From: an uncultured delta proteobacterium | Lineage (GTDB): Bacteria; Desulfobacterota; RBG-13-43-22 | NCBI GenBank assembly: GCA_963743305.1 | Contig: CAVUPH010000030.1 | Location: 32,001 to 96,000, forward strand | Reading direction: 5' to 3' | DNA length: 64,000 bases | Shown: positions 43,772 through 55,290 of the stretch, one piece after another | How the letters are laid out: every line of letters begins with the position of its first letter | Position numbering within the stretch: the first letter of the stretch is position 1 | Made by a program: the position numbers and the translations under genes | The notes under the pieces: generated by a model | The model's input: only the letters and a program-made list of their open reading frames with translations | The model's database searches: none | What the model was told of the DNA's origin: nothing

Positions 43772-46308
43772 CTTGTCTCCTCACCCCAGACGCGGGCGAG
43801 GGTGGCCTGGATCTTCTTCTCGAAGCGGGCGATCAGTTCGCGGTTGGCGGCGACCAGCGCCTGCTCGGCTTCGATCTCGGCGACGATGGCTTGCTGGGTG
43901 GCGAGGGGCGGGAGGGGGATGGGAGCACGCTCGACGATTCCCTGATTGATCTTTGGCATGCTCCCGGCAGCACCGACAGCGTTTCGTGTCATGTAGTCTC
44001 TAGCGATGTCGCTTTGGAGAACATGGAGCAGATATTTGCGTCAGAATCTTCGATTCGTCCGCTCTTACCCGAATCATCAGGTCGGGATACACGAAGTCAG
44101 GTTCGTCCACATCGAAGATGGCAGCGGTACCGACCAACTCCTTCGTGTTGCCGCGCTGAAGGTAGATATCGCCACGTTGACAGCGGCAAGGCGAGTCAAG
44201 CGGAATGTCCTCGTCGAGGAATTTATGTTGGGAGATGTCCAGCCTGCCTGATGTCGTGGCGCTCAGCGAGAGGACTTTGAGATTGGTGGTGTGAGCGACT
44301 GGTTTGCCAGAGTAACCATTCTTCGGTTTATCCTGAATGACTTCTCTCAACTCCACCATCGGCCAGTCGGGGTGGATGGGGATGTGGGGGCGGTAGTTGT
44401 CGAGGACGGCGCGGGCGCCGTTGATGACTTTCTGGTAGCCCTCGATCTCCGCCACGATCTCCTTCTGCACCTCCAGCGGCGGCAGGGGGATTTGGATGCT
44501 TCTGCAGATCTCGCTTCGGATGACGTTGCGACTGTGCCGCTCCTGCCATCAGGTCGCGCAGACTGCGTCAGTGACAGGTCGTTCGGAGCAGTGGATACAG
44601 ATGAGCAGTCAATGGTCTGGATTCATCGCGGTCTGCAACCTGACGAATGCGTGAGTTGCAGCCAACTTCGACTGCGCAGACTTGTGCAGTCACCGAAGTA
44701 TCGCTGCCAGCATGGCGCCAGCTTGCGATCGAAATCGTCAGCTCTTCGATAGCTGTCAGCTTCGCCGTAAGTCGAGCTGTCTGATCCTGCCGACATTCGT
44801 CGATGTCTTGGATAAGTCGTACGTCGGATCCTGCGCTGTCAGCGTTCTCTTGGCTTGAACGGACGTGCGCACTGATGAGTCTGCAGACGTCACCGAATCG
44901 AACGATGCGGAAAGTGTCGAGTCGCGGACTGCCACCCTCCCGATACCGCTCCCCGCTCAGGTTGTACTCCCCATTCGCCGCGATCTTCTCCTTCTCCACG
45001 ATCAGGCCGAGCGTGGGCTGGAAGTCGGCGACCGATTCCCCCGCCCGCAGGCGACGCAGGTACTCGCCGATCTCGGCAGAGACCTGCGGCAGGTCGTTCT
45101 TGTCAATCTCGCGCCGCTGGGCGCCGAGGCCGAAGCCGTCGTTCTCGACCTTGAAGAAGGCGATGGTGTTGGTCTTCTTGGCCAGCGACTTGTCGAGGAT
45201 CAGGATCGAGGTCTTGACGCCGGAATAGGGCTGGAACACGCCCGGCGGGCAGCGAGACTACGGCGACGAGGTACTCCTCCACCAGCATCTTGCGCAGTTG
45301 TTTGTAGGCGGTCTGGCTCTGGAAGATGATGCCTTCGGGCACGATGATGCCGGCGCGGCCGGTGGGGGTGAGGTGCTCGGCCATGTAGTCCACGAACAGC
45401 ACTTCGCTGCGCTTGGACTGCACCGAGAAGCGGTTGTGGGGCTTGATGCCGCCCTTCGGCGACATGAAGGGCGGATTGGCGAGGATCACGTCGGCGTATT
45501 CGTTCCAGCGGTCCTGGCTGGTGAGGGCGTCGTACTCGGCAATGTGCGGGTCGGCGAAGCCGTGCAGGTACAGGTTCACGAGGGACAGGCGCACCATGTC
45601 GGGCGAGATGTCGTAGCCCTTGAAGTTCTGCGCGAGGCGGCCCTTTTCGTCCGGCGTCAGGAGATCGCCCTCACTCCCGGCCCCTCTCCCAGAGGGCGAG
45701 GGTGGAGATGAATTGGCCCTGAGGATGTGCTTGTAGGAGGAGATCAGGAAGCCGGCGGTGCCGCAGGCCGGGTCGAGCACGGTCTCGTTCTTCTTCGGGT
45801 CGATTACCTCAACGATGAAATCGATGATGTGGCGCGGGGTGCGGAACTGCCCGGCGTCGCCCTGGGAGCCGAGCACGGAGAGCAGGTACTCGAAGGCGTC
45901 GCCGAGGCGTTCGCTGTGGTCGTAGTTCGAACTCGTCGATGACCTTGAGGAACATCTTTAGCGTTTCAGGGTCGCGGTAGGGCAGATAGGCGTTCTTGAA
46001 GATGTCGCGGAAAAGGGGCGGTATGCCGGGGTTCTCCGGCATCTTGGCGATGGCCTCGGCATAGAGGTTCAGGTCTCATGGCCGCCCAGGCCGGAGCGCA
46101 TGAGCTTGGCCCAGCCGTAGCGGGCGAACTTATTGGCGAAGAACTTGCGCTTCCCGCCGAACTCCTCGCTCTCGGCGTCCATGTCGTCCATGAACTTGTA
46201 GATCAGGGCGATGGTGATCTGCTCGACCTGGCTCTTGGGATCGGGCACCTTGCCGACGAGAATGTCGCGGGCGGTGTCGATGCGGCGTTTGGTGTCGGAG
46301 TCTAGCAC
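43759..46308 (-). pseudogene. hsdM: type I RM fused methyltransferase-specificity (HsdM-HsdS) gene with multiple frameshifts
   Basis: GQFRTPRHI, VLDPACGTAGFL, NPPF; S-type IPLPPL..Q..IV repeats; garbled ~44500-44900. Confidence 0.85.
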
Positions 46309-46315
46309 GATTTCC

Positions 46316-46976
46316 TCAATCTTTAGTGGACGGGGTGGACTTGGTGGACCGAGTGGACGGAGGGCGCAATGACCGCCTTGCGGAACGAACGCGGTAAAGG
46401 CGCTCGGTGAATCCACCTTCGGTTTCAAACGCCTTAGCCTGTGCGGCGAGCTGGCGGTCGAGCAGACTGCAGGAAACCGCCAGCAGTACCAGTGCGGCAT
46501 TGGCTGCAAGCTCGGGGAAGGTGGACCTTGCCCGGGTCGCAGCCCTCGTCCATGCGGTCCACCAAGTCCATCGTCCACGATGTCGCTTCCCGCACCCAGG
46601 CAGCCACTTCATCGGCAGTGGCGCAACGGCGATCAATCAGTCCCTGCCGACGGGGATCATCACGGTCCCAGACCGGCAGGCCGCGCTGGCGCAGGAAATC
46701 TTCGTAGTCGAGCCGTAGCTCTTCCAGGCTGCCCCGCGCCACGTTGGTGAGTTTGAGTTCGGTCTTTTTCGAGGTTCCCGAGGCCTGACTCCCTTCGGCG
46801 ATGTTCTGCACACCCGACCGCGCCGCCTGCACCATCTGGTCGTGGGTGCGGCTACGCTTGTCGATGTAGCGGTCGCAAAAACGGACCGTTACGTCATAAG
46901 TCAGTTGTGCCACCTGAAAGCTCTTGAGTTTTCGGTAGCCGCCATGTTTCGGTAACAGCGGTTCGTTGGCGGTCAT
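46316..46976 (-). pseudogene. four-helix-bundle suffix domain protein, one frameshift ~46550
   Basis: HGGYRKLKSFQ, QMVQAARSGVQNIAEGS, then ANAAL...LLDRQ...F..EGGFTERLYRVR in another frame. Confidence 0.8.
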
Positions 46977-46982
46977 GTTAGA

Positions 46983-47168
46983 CGTAGTGCCACGGTCTGG
47001 AGATCAGTCCGATGGCCCCTGTTTTTTTCGATCCATTGCTTTGCGGTAGCTGTTGAATCCAGCCTGTTTTTAAACCCCTCGAATTCGATGGGTTTAAAAC
47101 TCTAATTGGGGCAAATTCGCCATAATTAAAGTTGGGTGTGATATCACTTCTTGGATTTCTGACTCATA
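46983..47168 (-). pseudogene. KilA-N-like gene remnant
   Basis: FKPIEFEGFK...KQWIEK.GAIGLIS fragments across frames. Confidence 0.5.
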
Positions 47169-47177
47169 TGTCTTCCC

Positions 47178-49735
47178 TCATGCCACAAACTGGTTCAAGG
47201 ATACGTAATCCTTGACATATTCAGGAATGATCGTGCGGTACTTGGGCGGCACGGCCTTGAAATCGCGGGTGGAAAAGATTGGATTGGTGGCCAGGTCGGT
47301 GAACTGCTTTTCTTCGATAATGTGGCGCAATTGGCCGCTGGTGACGTAGGCCTTGAAGTAGGTCTTGATGGCCGGGATGGCCTCAGCCTCTTGGGGCTTG
47401 GTATCGGCCACGAACTTGGCGAATTCCTCTTCCAGCAGTTCGTCCTTGGACTTGAACCGCGGGATGAGGCCGAAGATCTTCTCCAGGATCTCCCGCAGGG
47501 TCAAGCGTCGGTCCACGGCGGCAGCTTTGCGCAACTTGTGGAGGGTGTAGTACTCCTCGGGTTTGTCGAAGACCTCGCGGTTCACGTAGTCGATGACGCG
47601 GTCCCACTGCCCGGCCTCGACGGCTTTCGCGATGATCTCGTTCTCGCGCACGGTATCTTCGAATTTCTCGAAGAACATACGGTCGATCTTCATCCCTTCG
47701 AACCCGATATCAAAGATTTTCATGGAAGCGAGAATATCCTCGCCCAAGTGCTCGTAAGCGCCGCCGTACACCACTGGTCCCCTTCCACCGGTGTTTTCGC
47801 TCCCTTTGCCCTGGGGCCGGGGAAGCTTCAGCACCTCGTCATAGTTGAACTTCTCCTCGAAGTATTCGCAATTGGCGAAGAAGTCGAAGAGCTTGAAGGC
47901 GGACTTCTGCGGTTGTAAGACGCCCTCTTTGAGGCCGTCGTCGAAAAGCTGTTCGAGAAAGTTGTGCTTGCGCGTGCCGCGTCCTTTGATCTGGATGAAG
48001 TCCGTCGGCGAGAAAATCGGTCGAAACAGACCAAGGTTGAGGATGTCGGTGCAATCGTAGCCGGTGGTCATCATGCCGACGGTCACGCAGACGCGGGCCT
48101 TGCTGGTCCTGTAGGCGGGCAGGAAGTTAGCCGAACCGAGTAGGTTGTTGTTGGCGAAGTTGATGCTGAACTGCTGGGCGTCGGGGATCGTTGAGGTGAC
48201 CTGAACGGCGAAGTCGGACTGGTATCTGCCGGGGAACAGGCGGTCGGCCATCTGATTGAAGATCTGTACCAGCTTCGCGGCGTGGTTTTGGCTGACAGTG
48301 AAAATGATGGATTTGCCGATCTCCCCGCTGACGGGATCGCGCAGGGCGTTTTCCAGAAAGGTCTTGCAGAAGAGCTGGTTGGTGGCCTTAGAGAAGAAGC
48401 TCTTCTCGAAATCGCTCTTCCGCTTCCTTAAGGTCTCCTGCTGGTCTTCATCCTCGTCGTCGGTGAAGGAGCATATGAAGCCCCGTTCAGAGAGCAGTTG
48501 GGTTGTAATTTCAGTGCGGGCATCCACCACCGTGGGGTTGATCAGGTAGCCTTCCTTCACGCCGTCGAGCAGCGAGTAACGGTAGGTGGGCTGGCTGTTC
48601 TCGCAGCCGAAGGTCCGGTAGGTGTCCAGCAACAGTCGGCGCTCGGCTTCGCGCGGGTCGCGGGTGGAAGGATTGGTTTTGTCAAACCGTTTAAGGTAGT
48701 CGCGGGGCGTGGCGGTGAGGCCGAGCTTGTAGCCGATGAAGTAGTCGAAGACGGCGCGGGCGTTGCCGCCGATGGAGCGGTGGGCTTCGTCGGAGATAAC
48801 CAGGTCGAAATCGGTCGGCGAGAAGAGCCGCTGGTACTTGTTGTTGAAGAGCAGCGACTGTACCGTGGTGACAACGATTTCCGCCCGCCGCCAGTCGTCA
48901 CGGTTTTCCTTGTAGATCACCGTCTGAAAGTCGGGGGACAGCAGCGCCTTGAAGGCCTTCCTGGCCTGATCCTCCAGTTCGAGGCGATCCACCAGAAACA
49001 GCACGCGCCGGGCATTGCCGGAACGGAGGAAGAGTTTGATGACGGCGGCGGCCGTGAGGGTCTTGCCGGTGCCGGTGGCCATCTCGAACAGGAAGCGGTC
49101 TTTGCCGTCCTTCACGGCCCGCTGCAGGGCGTGGATGGCCTTCAACTGATAGGGCCGCAAGAAACGCAGTTTATTGGTCAGGATGTAGCCGGGACGCTCG
49201 GCCTCGTTGCGCCAGGCCGCTTCGGATTGATAGTTCGGACGCTGAGTCAGCACGATGTAGTCTTCGTCGACCGGATCCTCGATGAGGCGATGAGACGTTG
49301 CGGGTTGGGCCTGACCTGCTGGTAGCCGATCACCGAGTCCGGCGTTGGGAAGGACGTAATGAGGATAGGGATTGCCGCGCTCCAGGTCCCAGAAGTAGTG
49401 CAAGTTGCCGTTGGAGAGGATCACGAACCGACAGTTCTGGGACTTGGCGTATTTGCGGGCCTGCTCCTTGCCGAGGAGCGGGTTCCTGTCTTCCGATTTG
49501 GCCTCTAAGACGATGAGCGGGAAACCTTTGCCGTCGAGCAGTAAGAAGTCGATGAAGCCCTTACTCGTCTTCTCGAAGTTCTCGCCGAGCGCTTCCAGAT
49601 CGGCTGACTTGATCGTCACGCTGGGTTCCAGGCGGATGTTAGCGGGCGCGCCTCCTTCCGGAAAGAAACGCCAGCCCGACCGCTTCGAGCAGCTTGTTGA
49701 TCTTGATACGGGCAGTAGCTTCTTTACTTTGCCAT
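47178..49735 (-). CDS. hsdR: type I restriction subunit R (EcoEI-like DEAD/DEAH helicase), indels near the 5' end
   Basis: EAK nuclease motif, LRPYQ, MATGTGKT, DEAHRS, GLTATP, QIKGRGTR; likely start ATG 49735. Confidence 0.9.
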
Positions 49736-50073
49736 TCGGTTTCAATCTTCTGTTCGTCCTACGTGGGTGGCCGATAGGATAGCCAAAAAGGTCATCCGGA
49801 GCTCCCAGTATGGGCGAAGGCGAATTAGAAGGCAGGCAGGGAACGAACGCTGGCATTCCTAACACCCATATAGGCCGGCAAAGCGGCAACTCATTGAAAG
49901 AAGGGATTAAAAATTGAGAAGAAAAATTCGTCTGACTTTAATTCGGAAGAATGGGGTTGTCAAGGACATTTGCCGTAAATACAATTGAATAGGGTGTCAT
50001 GGTGGGGTGGGGGACAAGGAAATAGGGAAAAGTTGGGACCTTTCCGCAATCTAACCATTGCTGTGAGTCGTGA

Positions 50074-50925
50074 TCACCCCAGTTCGAAAGTCGTCACGCC
50101 GAACACTCGGTTGATGGGCAAATCAGGGCTTTTCCCCTTGTACATGCGGGCCGTCTCGAAGGCGACCAACATCTTGTGCCGCTCCACCAATTGGACTGCC
50201 GCTGAATTCACTGCCGGCGTGTCCAAAAAAATGGGGGCACCTTCCGGGGCCCGGGCCTTCAACGCCAGGAATAGTTGGTCCGCAAACTCCGGACTGTCCG
50301 CAAACAACGGACCTACCTTGTATCCGGAGCGACAAATACGCAGGACCCCATAACCCGCCAGCTTGCGATTCCGGACGATACCCAGTGCCGCGCTTTGGGG
50401 TTGGTCAATCCAACACCTCAGAAATTGTTTGCGATTATCGGGGAAAAAGGGTTCGTCGTAGGCGCCTAGCTCATCAAAAGGGATCGTGGACAACGGGACG
50501 ATCCCTGAGTCAGTCGGAAAATACCCGCCACCGGTTCCCTGATAGCGGATATTTTTATAAGCCAATGAAAACCCGGACTTCTGGTAATTGCTCTGTTGAG
50601 CGACTACCCCATCAAGACCGATCGTACGACCTTTAAAGTTCGCAAGACCGGCATTCCATATCCGGATACCATAGCCCCGGCCACGATACTCCGGCTTGAC
50701 CAGGTAAAAACCAAGAAAACCAAAGGAATCGCCATATTTCACGACTGAAAGCGTGGCGATAGGCTCATCCTCCAGCAATCCGATAAGGAAACCGGTGGAA
50801 TCGGCAGCGTAGAAGCAATCCGCGTCGTACAACCCCGGATTCCATCCTTCCGCCGCCGCCCAGTCGATGGCCAAATCGACTTCCTGCCGAGTCATTGCTC
50901 TGATGGTATAGCTTTGCCCTGGCAC
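50074..50925 (-). CDS. two-domain GNAT N-acetyltransferase (YitH-like)
   Basis: WAAAEGWNPG, VKPEYRGRGYG, KVGPLFAD, FETARMY. Confidence 0.88.
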   Translation of the reverse strand: MPGQSYTIRAMTRQEVDLAIDWAAAEGWNPGLYDADCFYAADSTGFLIGLLEDEPIATLSVVKYGDSFGFLGFYLVKPEYRGRGYGIRIWNAGLANFKGRTIGLDGVVAQQSNYQKSGFSLAYKNIRYQGTGGGYFPTDSGIVPLSTIPFDELGAYDEPFFPDNRKQFLRCWIDQPQSAALGIVRNRKLAGYGVLRICRSGYKVGPLFADSPEFADQLFLALKARAPEGAPIFLDTPAVNSAAVQLVERHKMLVAFETARMYKGKSPDLPINRVFGVTTFELG

Positions 50926-50940
50926 AATTACCCTCAGCGG

Positions 50941-51153
50941 CTATTCCGTTGTTGAACTTTCCAGGGCCTCCCGGACCATCCCCCGCAAACAGGCCGGCAG
51001 CCGCTTCAAGACGGGGTCCTGGGTCCGGTTCCGGTGAAAGAGAAGGCACTCACAACAGATCCCGTGCCGGGGGCAGTCCTCCTTGGGACAGGAGCAATAG
51101 GAATTGATCCGGTCTCTGACCGGACATTCGCTGGGTTGATTCGGGTCCATCAT
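50941..51153 (-). CDS. small Cys-rich protein (DUF6485-like)
   Basis: CSCPKEDCPRHGICCECLLFH...LPAC. Confidence 0.65.
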   Translation of the reverse strand: MMDPNQPSECPVRDRINSYCSCPKEDCPRHGICCECLLFHRNRTQDPVLKRLPACLRGMVREALESSTTE

Positions 51154-51181
51154 TCTTCCTGTTTTGACCTTCGAATATATT

Positions 51182-51844
51182 TTATTCTTTCGGGGGGTGC
51201 AGGTGGCGGATAAATTTCCCCTCCACCATATAGATCACCATCTCGGCGATGTTGGTGGCGTGATCGGCCATGCGCTCCAGGTGTTTGGCCACGTAGCTGA
51301 TCTTGACCGCCCGTGATACGGTACTGGGATCCTTGATCATGAAAAAAAGCAATTCGTTGAAAATCTGGACCGCCAGGTTATCCATCTGCTCGTCCCGCTG
51401 GATGACATCGTAGGCGATGGCCGTATCCGGTTTGGTGAACGACTCCAGCACATCGACCACCATGCCCTGGACGATCTTGGCCATGAGGGGGATGTCGATA
51501 TAGGGCTTCAACTGGGGCTCCGTATTCAGTTCCAGGGCCAAGTGGCTGATATTTTCCGCGAAGTCGCCGATGCGCTCCAGGTCGGTGGTGATCTTCATAG
51601 CCGTGGTGATGAACCGCAGATCCCCTCCCACGGGCTGCCGAAGGGCCAGGACACGGATGCACTCCTCATCGATCTCCACGTCGTAGGTATTGATCACCCG
51701 ATCCCCTTCGATGACCTCTTCGGCTAAACGGTTATTCCGCTCCACCAGCGACCGGATAGCCCGTCCGATGGCCTCCTCCACTAAAGAGCCCATTTTCAGG
51801 ATCTTGACCTTCACTTCCCTCAGCTCATCCTCCACCGGTTTCAT
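51182..51844 (-). CDS. phoU: phosphate signalling complex protein PhoU
   Basis: LALRQPVGGDLR, DLERIGD, LERMADHATNIAE.VIY. Confidence 0.95.
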   Translation of the reverse strand: MKPVEDELREVKVKILKMGSLVEEAIGRAIRSLVERNNRLAEEVIEGDRVINTYDVEIDEECIRVLALRQPVGGDLRFITTAMKITTDLERIGDFAENISHLALELNTEPQLKPYIDIPLMAKIVQGMVVDVLESFTKPDTAIAYDVIQRDEQMDNLAVQIFNELLFFMIKDPSTVSRAVKISYVAKHLERMADHATNIAEMVIYMVEGKFIRHLHPPKE

Positions 51845-53240
51845 GTTTAGGACCTCCTTTCTTTCTTTTCTTGGGCCGCAAGTAGACCCATAACGGGCCT
51901 TTCAATCCCAAGCGATGCATCTTGGAGGCCTCGCCGGGCAGCAGGTCTATTCCCAGACCCGGGAAGACCCAGTTTGGATGGACCTCCGAAAAATCCAGCA
52001 ATCGCCCTTCCAAATGATCCCGGACTTTGGGGGACAGATAAAAAAACGGCTCCAGGGGATTCCAGTCTCCGGGCAACAGCCCTTCTTCCCGGGCGATTTC
52101 CGCCAATCGCGTCCCCGGAAATACGCGGATGCCGGTCATACAGATCACCGCGGTGGGTTTCAGCTCCTCCACCCGGGCCAAGGTTTCCTCCAGGGTGCCC
52201 CGGGTCTCCCCGGGGCCGCCCAACAGCAGGCTGAAACAAAAAGGGATCTCCCGCTCCCGACAGATCCGGGCCGCTTCCCGGATTTGAGGCAATGAGAAAT
52301 TCTTCCCCATGGCCTCCAGTTGCGCCGGGGCCGCCGCATCCAGGCCGAACTCCAGGGCGGCGCAACCCGAGGCTTTCATGACCTCGCCCAACCGGTCGGT
52401 CATGAAACCGGGGTTGACATAGGCTGTCCACCGAACCGGCACTTTTTGCCGAATAATTTCCCGGCAGATGCCTTCGGACTGTTCCTCCGGAAAATTAAAA
52501 TTGTTGTCCACGAAAAAAATGTAGTCCAACCCGCGGTGCACCAGGGCCTGGATTTCCCGGACCACCCCCAGGGGTTCCCGCACCCGGACCTTTCGGCCCT
52601 CGATCAGCGGGTAGGTGCAATAGATGCAGTGAAAAGGGCAGCCGCGCTTGGATTGAATATTGGTCAGCCCGCCCTGTTCCCGGTAGGCCCCGACATCAAA
52701 GGCTTCCCGGTCCGGCCAGGGAAGGCCATTTAAGTCCTCCAGGACGCTGCCGGTATCCTTTCGGTCTCGTGAAGGCCTTGGGGGGAATAGCCCGGCTGCG
52801 AGCGCCGGATGAGTGTTCCCCGAGAGTCCGCCTAAGAGTTCAAGGAAAACCCGTTCCCCTTCGCCGACCACCCCATAATCCACCCCCAAGTAGCCTAAAA
52901 CCTCTTCCGGCAAAAGGGTGAAACCCGAACCACCGACCACGATCGGGGCCTGGCTCTTACGGCGGCAAAGCGCAACCACCTCTTTGATGAACGGCAGGTA
53001 GGCGGTGGAACGGGGATAGGTGACGTTATCGATGTTGCGGATGGACAGGCCGATGCAGTCGGGCTGGAACGATTCCAGGTCCTGTTCCAGGACCGCCTGC
53101 CAGCAAGGGAGGAAACACAGATCGCTGCCCTTGACCGTCATCCCCGCGGCCTTCAACACCGCCGCCAGACTCGCCAGGCCCAGCGGATACACCGGGTCAG
53201 GACTGACCTCCCGGTTGGGAGAAATCAACAAAACGCGCAT
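51825..53240 (-). CDS. B12-binding radical SAM protein
   Basis: PLGLASLA, SIRNIDN, KRGCPFHCIYC, FFVDNNFN, LLGGPGET. Confidence 0.9.
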   Translation of the reverse strand: MRVLLISPNREVSPDPVYPLGLASLAAVLKAAGMTVKGSDLCFLPCWQAVLEQDLESFQPDCIGLSIRNIDNVTYPRSTAYLPFIKEVVALCRRKSQAPIVVGGSGFTLLPEEVLGYLGVDYGVVGEGERVFLELLGGLSGNTHPALAAGLFPPRPSRDRKDTGSVLEDLNGLPWPDREAFDVGAYREQGGLTNIQSKRGCPFHCIYCTYPLIEGRKVRVREPLGVVREIQALVHRGLDYIFFVDNNFNFPEEQSEGICREIIRQKVPVRWTAYVNPGFMTDRLGEVMKASGCAALEFGLDAAAPAQLEAMGKNFSLPQIREAARICREREIPFCFSLLLGGPGETRGTLEETLARVEELKPTAVICMTGIRVFPGTRLAEIAREEGLLPGDWNPLEPFFYLSPKVRDHLEGRLLDFSEVHPNWVFPGLGIDLLPGEASKMHRLGLKGPLWVYLRPKKRKKGGPKHETGGG

Positions 53241-53649
53241 GCTCAGGCCGCTGCCGGGAATTTGGCCGACACATCCAATATTTTACGGCTCCGCCGACCA
53301 GCCGTGGGGAATTCCGGCGGGACAAAATAGCCCTGCCCCGGTCCAGGGTCCGCTTTCCCCCCTCCAGCCCACCGCACTGTTCGAAGGGATGGGCGTGGCC
53401 TTCGTCCCGCATCCCGGATTCAATCGTCATGACCGCCAGGATCAACTGTTCCCCCACCGGGCGAAACTCTTGATCCCGGGTCTGAAATCCTGAAGCGGCA
53501 TTTGAGAAAAATCAAAGAAAGGCATAAATTCTATATTATTCGTCTTTTGAAGGGCTTGTCAATCTTATTTCCCCCGGCACGAACCGGTCCGAATCAATGC
53601 TTTGCTATTGATTTAAACGGCTTTTTTAGATACAGTAGAAAGAATCGGC

Positions 53650-55255
53650 ATGAACCCTTCCAGCAGAAAAAAAAATCCGAGCGATCAAACCTTAAACCCG
53701 GCGGATCTGGCCCAGTTGAAGGCCGTCGGAATCACGCCGGCCCAGGTCCGGCGCCAGATCGCTCTGTTCCGGAAGGCGAGCCACCACCGGGAACTCCATC
53801 GGCCCTGCACGATCGGGGACGGCATCCACCGGATCTCCCGGACCGAAGCCCGATCCCTGATCCCCCTGCAGGAAGAAGCCGCCGGGGCCGGGCGGTTTCT
53901 GAAATTCGTGCCCGCCTCGGGGGCCGCCAGCCGGATGTTCGAAGCCCTTCATCATTATCATCGCCAGTCGGAGATGACTCAAGTGGACCAGATCTTGGAG
54001 CGAGCCGCTCAAGGCGGGCCGAGGGCCAAGGTCCTCATCCGCTTCCTGGAGGAATGGGAGCGTTTCCCTTTTTCGGAGGCCTTGAAAGAAAAAATCCTGG
54101 ACGATGGTCTGAAGCTCGGTCATCTGATCAAAGGGGACCGCTGGCGGAAAGTTTTGAATCTGCTGTTGACCGACCGTGGTTTGAATTACCAGGCCTTGCC
54201 CAAGGCGCTGATGACCTTTCATCGTTATCCCGACGAATGCCGCTCCGCCCTGGAAGAACACCTGGTTGAAGCCGCCGCCACCATTCGGGATGAAAAGGGT
54301 AGCGCCCGTCTCCACTTTACTCTCTCCCCGGAACACAAGGCCCTCTTCCTGGAGCACCTTGCAGCCGTGAGACCCAAACATGAGAAACGGCTGGGGGCCC
54401 GCTTCGAAATCAGCTATTCGCACCAGCACCGTTCGACGGACACCATCGCCGTGGATCTGGAAGGGCGGCCGCTGCGCGAATCCGACGGCCGCCTGCACCT
54501 GCGGCCCGGAGGACACGGGGCACTGCTGATCAATCTGCACCGCCTGGGCGGCGACCTGCTCTACCTGAAGAATATCGACAATGTGGTGCCGGATCACTTG
54601 AAGGGCGTCACCATCGAATGGAAAAAAATTTTGGGGGGATACCTGATCCAGGCCCAGCGGCAGGTGTACCGGCACCTGGATAAACTTACAGAAGAAACCC
54701 GGAGACAAAAGAGGGCAGGAGGCGGCCCTGGATTTTCTCCGGCAGGCCCTGTCCATCTCCGAACCGGAAGGGTTTTGGAAATGGCCGACGGAAAACCGCG
54801 GGGAATTCCTCTTGAAAAAATTAAACCGCCCGCTGCGGGTCTGCGGCGTGGTGAAAAATCAGGGCGAACCGGGCGGGGGCCCCTTCTGGGTAAAGGGGCC
54901 TGACGGCAGCCTGACCCTGCAGATCGTGGAAAGCGCCCAGGTGGAACTGGAATCCGACGAACAGCATGAAATCTGGTTTCGGGCCACCCACTTCAACCCG
55001 GTCGACCTGGTCTGTTCGCTGCGGGACCATGTCGGAAGACCATTCGATTTGAGGCGCTACGTCGATCCCGGGGCCGTCTTCATCTCCCGGAAATCCAAAG
55101 ACGGCCAGGCCCTGCAGGCCCTGGAACTGCCCGGCCTGTGGAACGGGGCCATGGCCGACTGGATCACCCTCTTCGTCGAAGTCCCCCTCGAAACCTTCAA
55201 CCCGGTCAAGACCCTGTTGGATCTCCTCCGCCCCGAACACCAGCCCGAAGCCTAG
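53650..55255 (+). CDS. DUF4301 family protein, frameshift ~54700
   Basis: KFVPASGAASRMF, RPGGHGAL..NL, KNIDNV; continues LNRPLRVCGVVKNQGEPGGGPF, THFNPVD, ELPGLWNGAM. Confidence 0.88.
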
Positions 55256-55290
55256 CCAAAGCTAAACTGCTTTAAATCAATAATAATAAT

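Larger units (their letters stand above)
42662..43779. mobile_element. REP-bounded GIY-YIG cassette flanked by a 48-bp direct repeat
   Basis: inverted terminal REPs 42673-42720 and 43737-43771; direct repeat 42614-42661 vs 43780-43827 (43/48). Confidence 0.7.

Noticed and set aside
47070-47098. Palindrome TTTAAACCCCTCGAATTCGATGGGTTTAAA as an operator or element end
   Set aside because: Explained as the FKPIEFEGFK coding motif of a KilA-N-like remnant.
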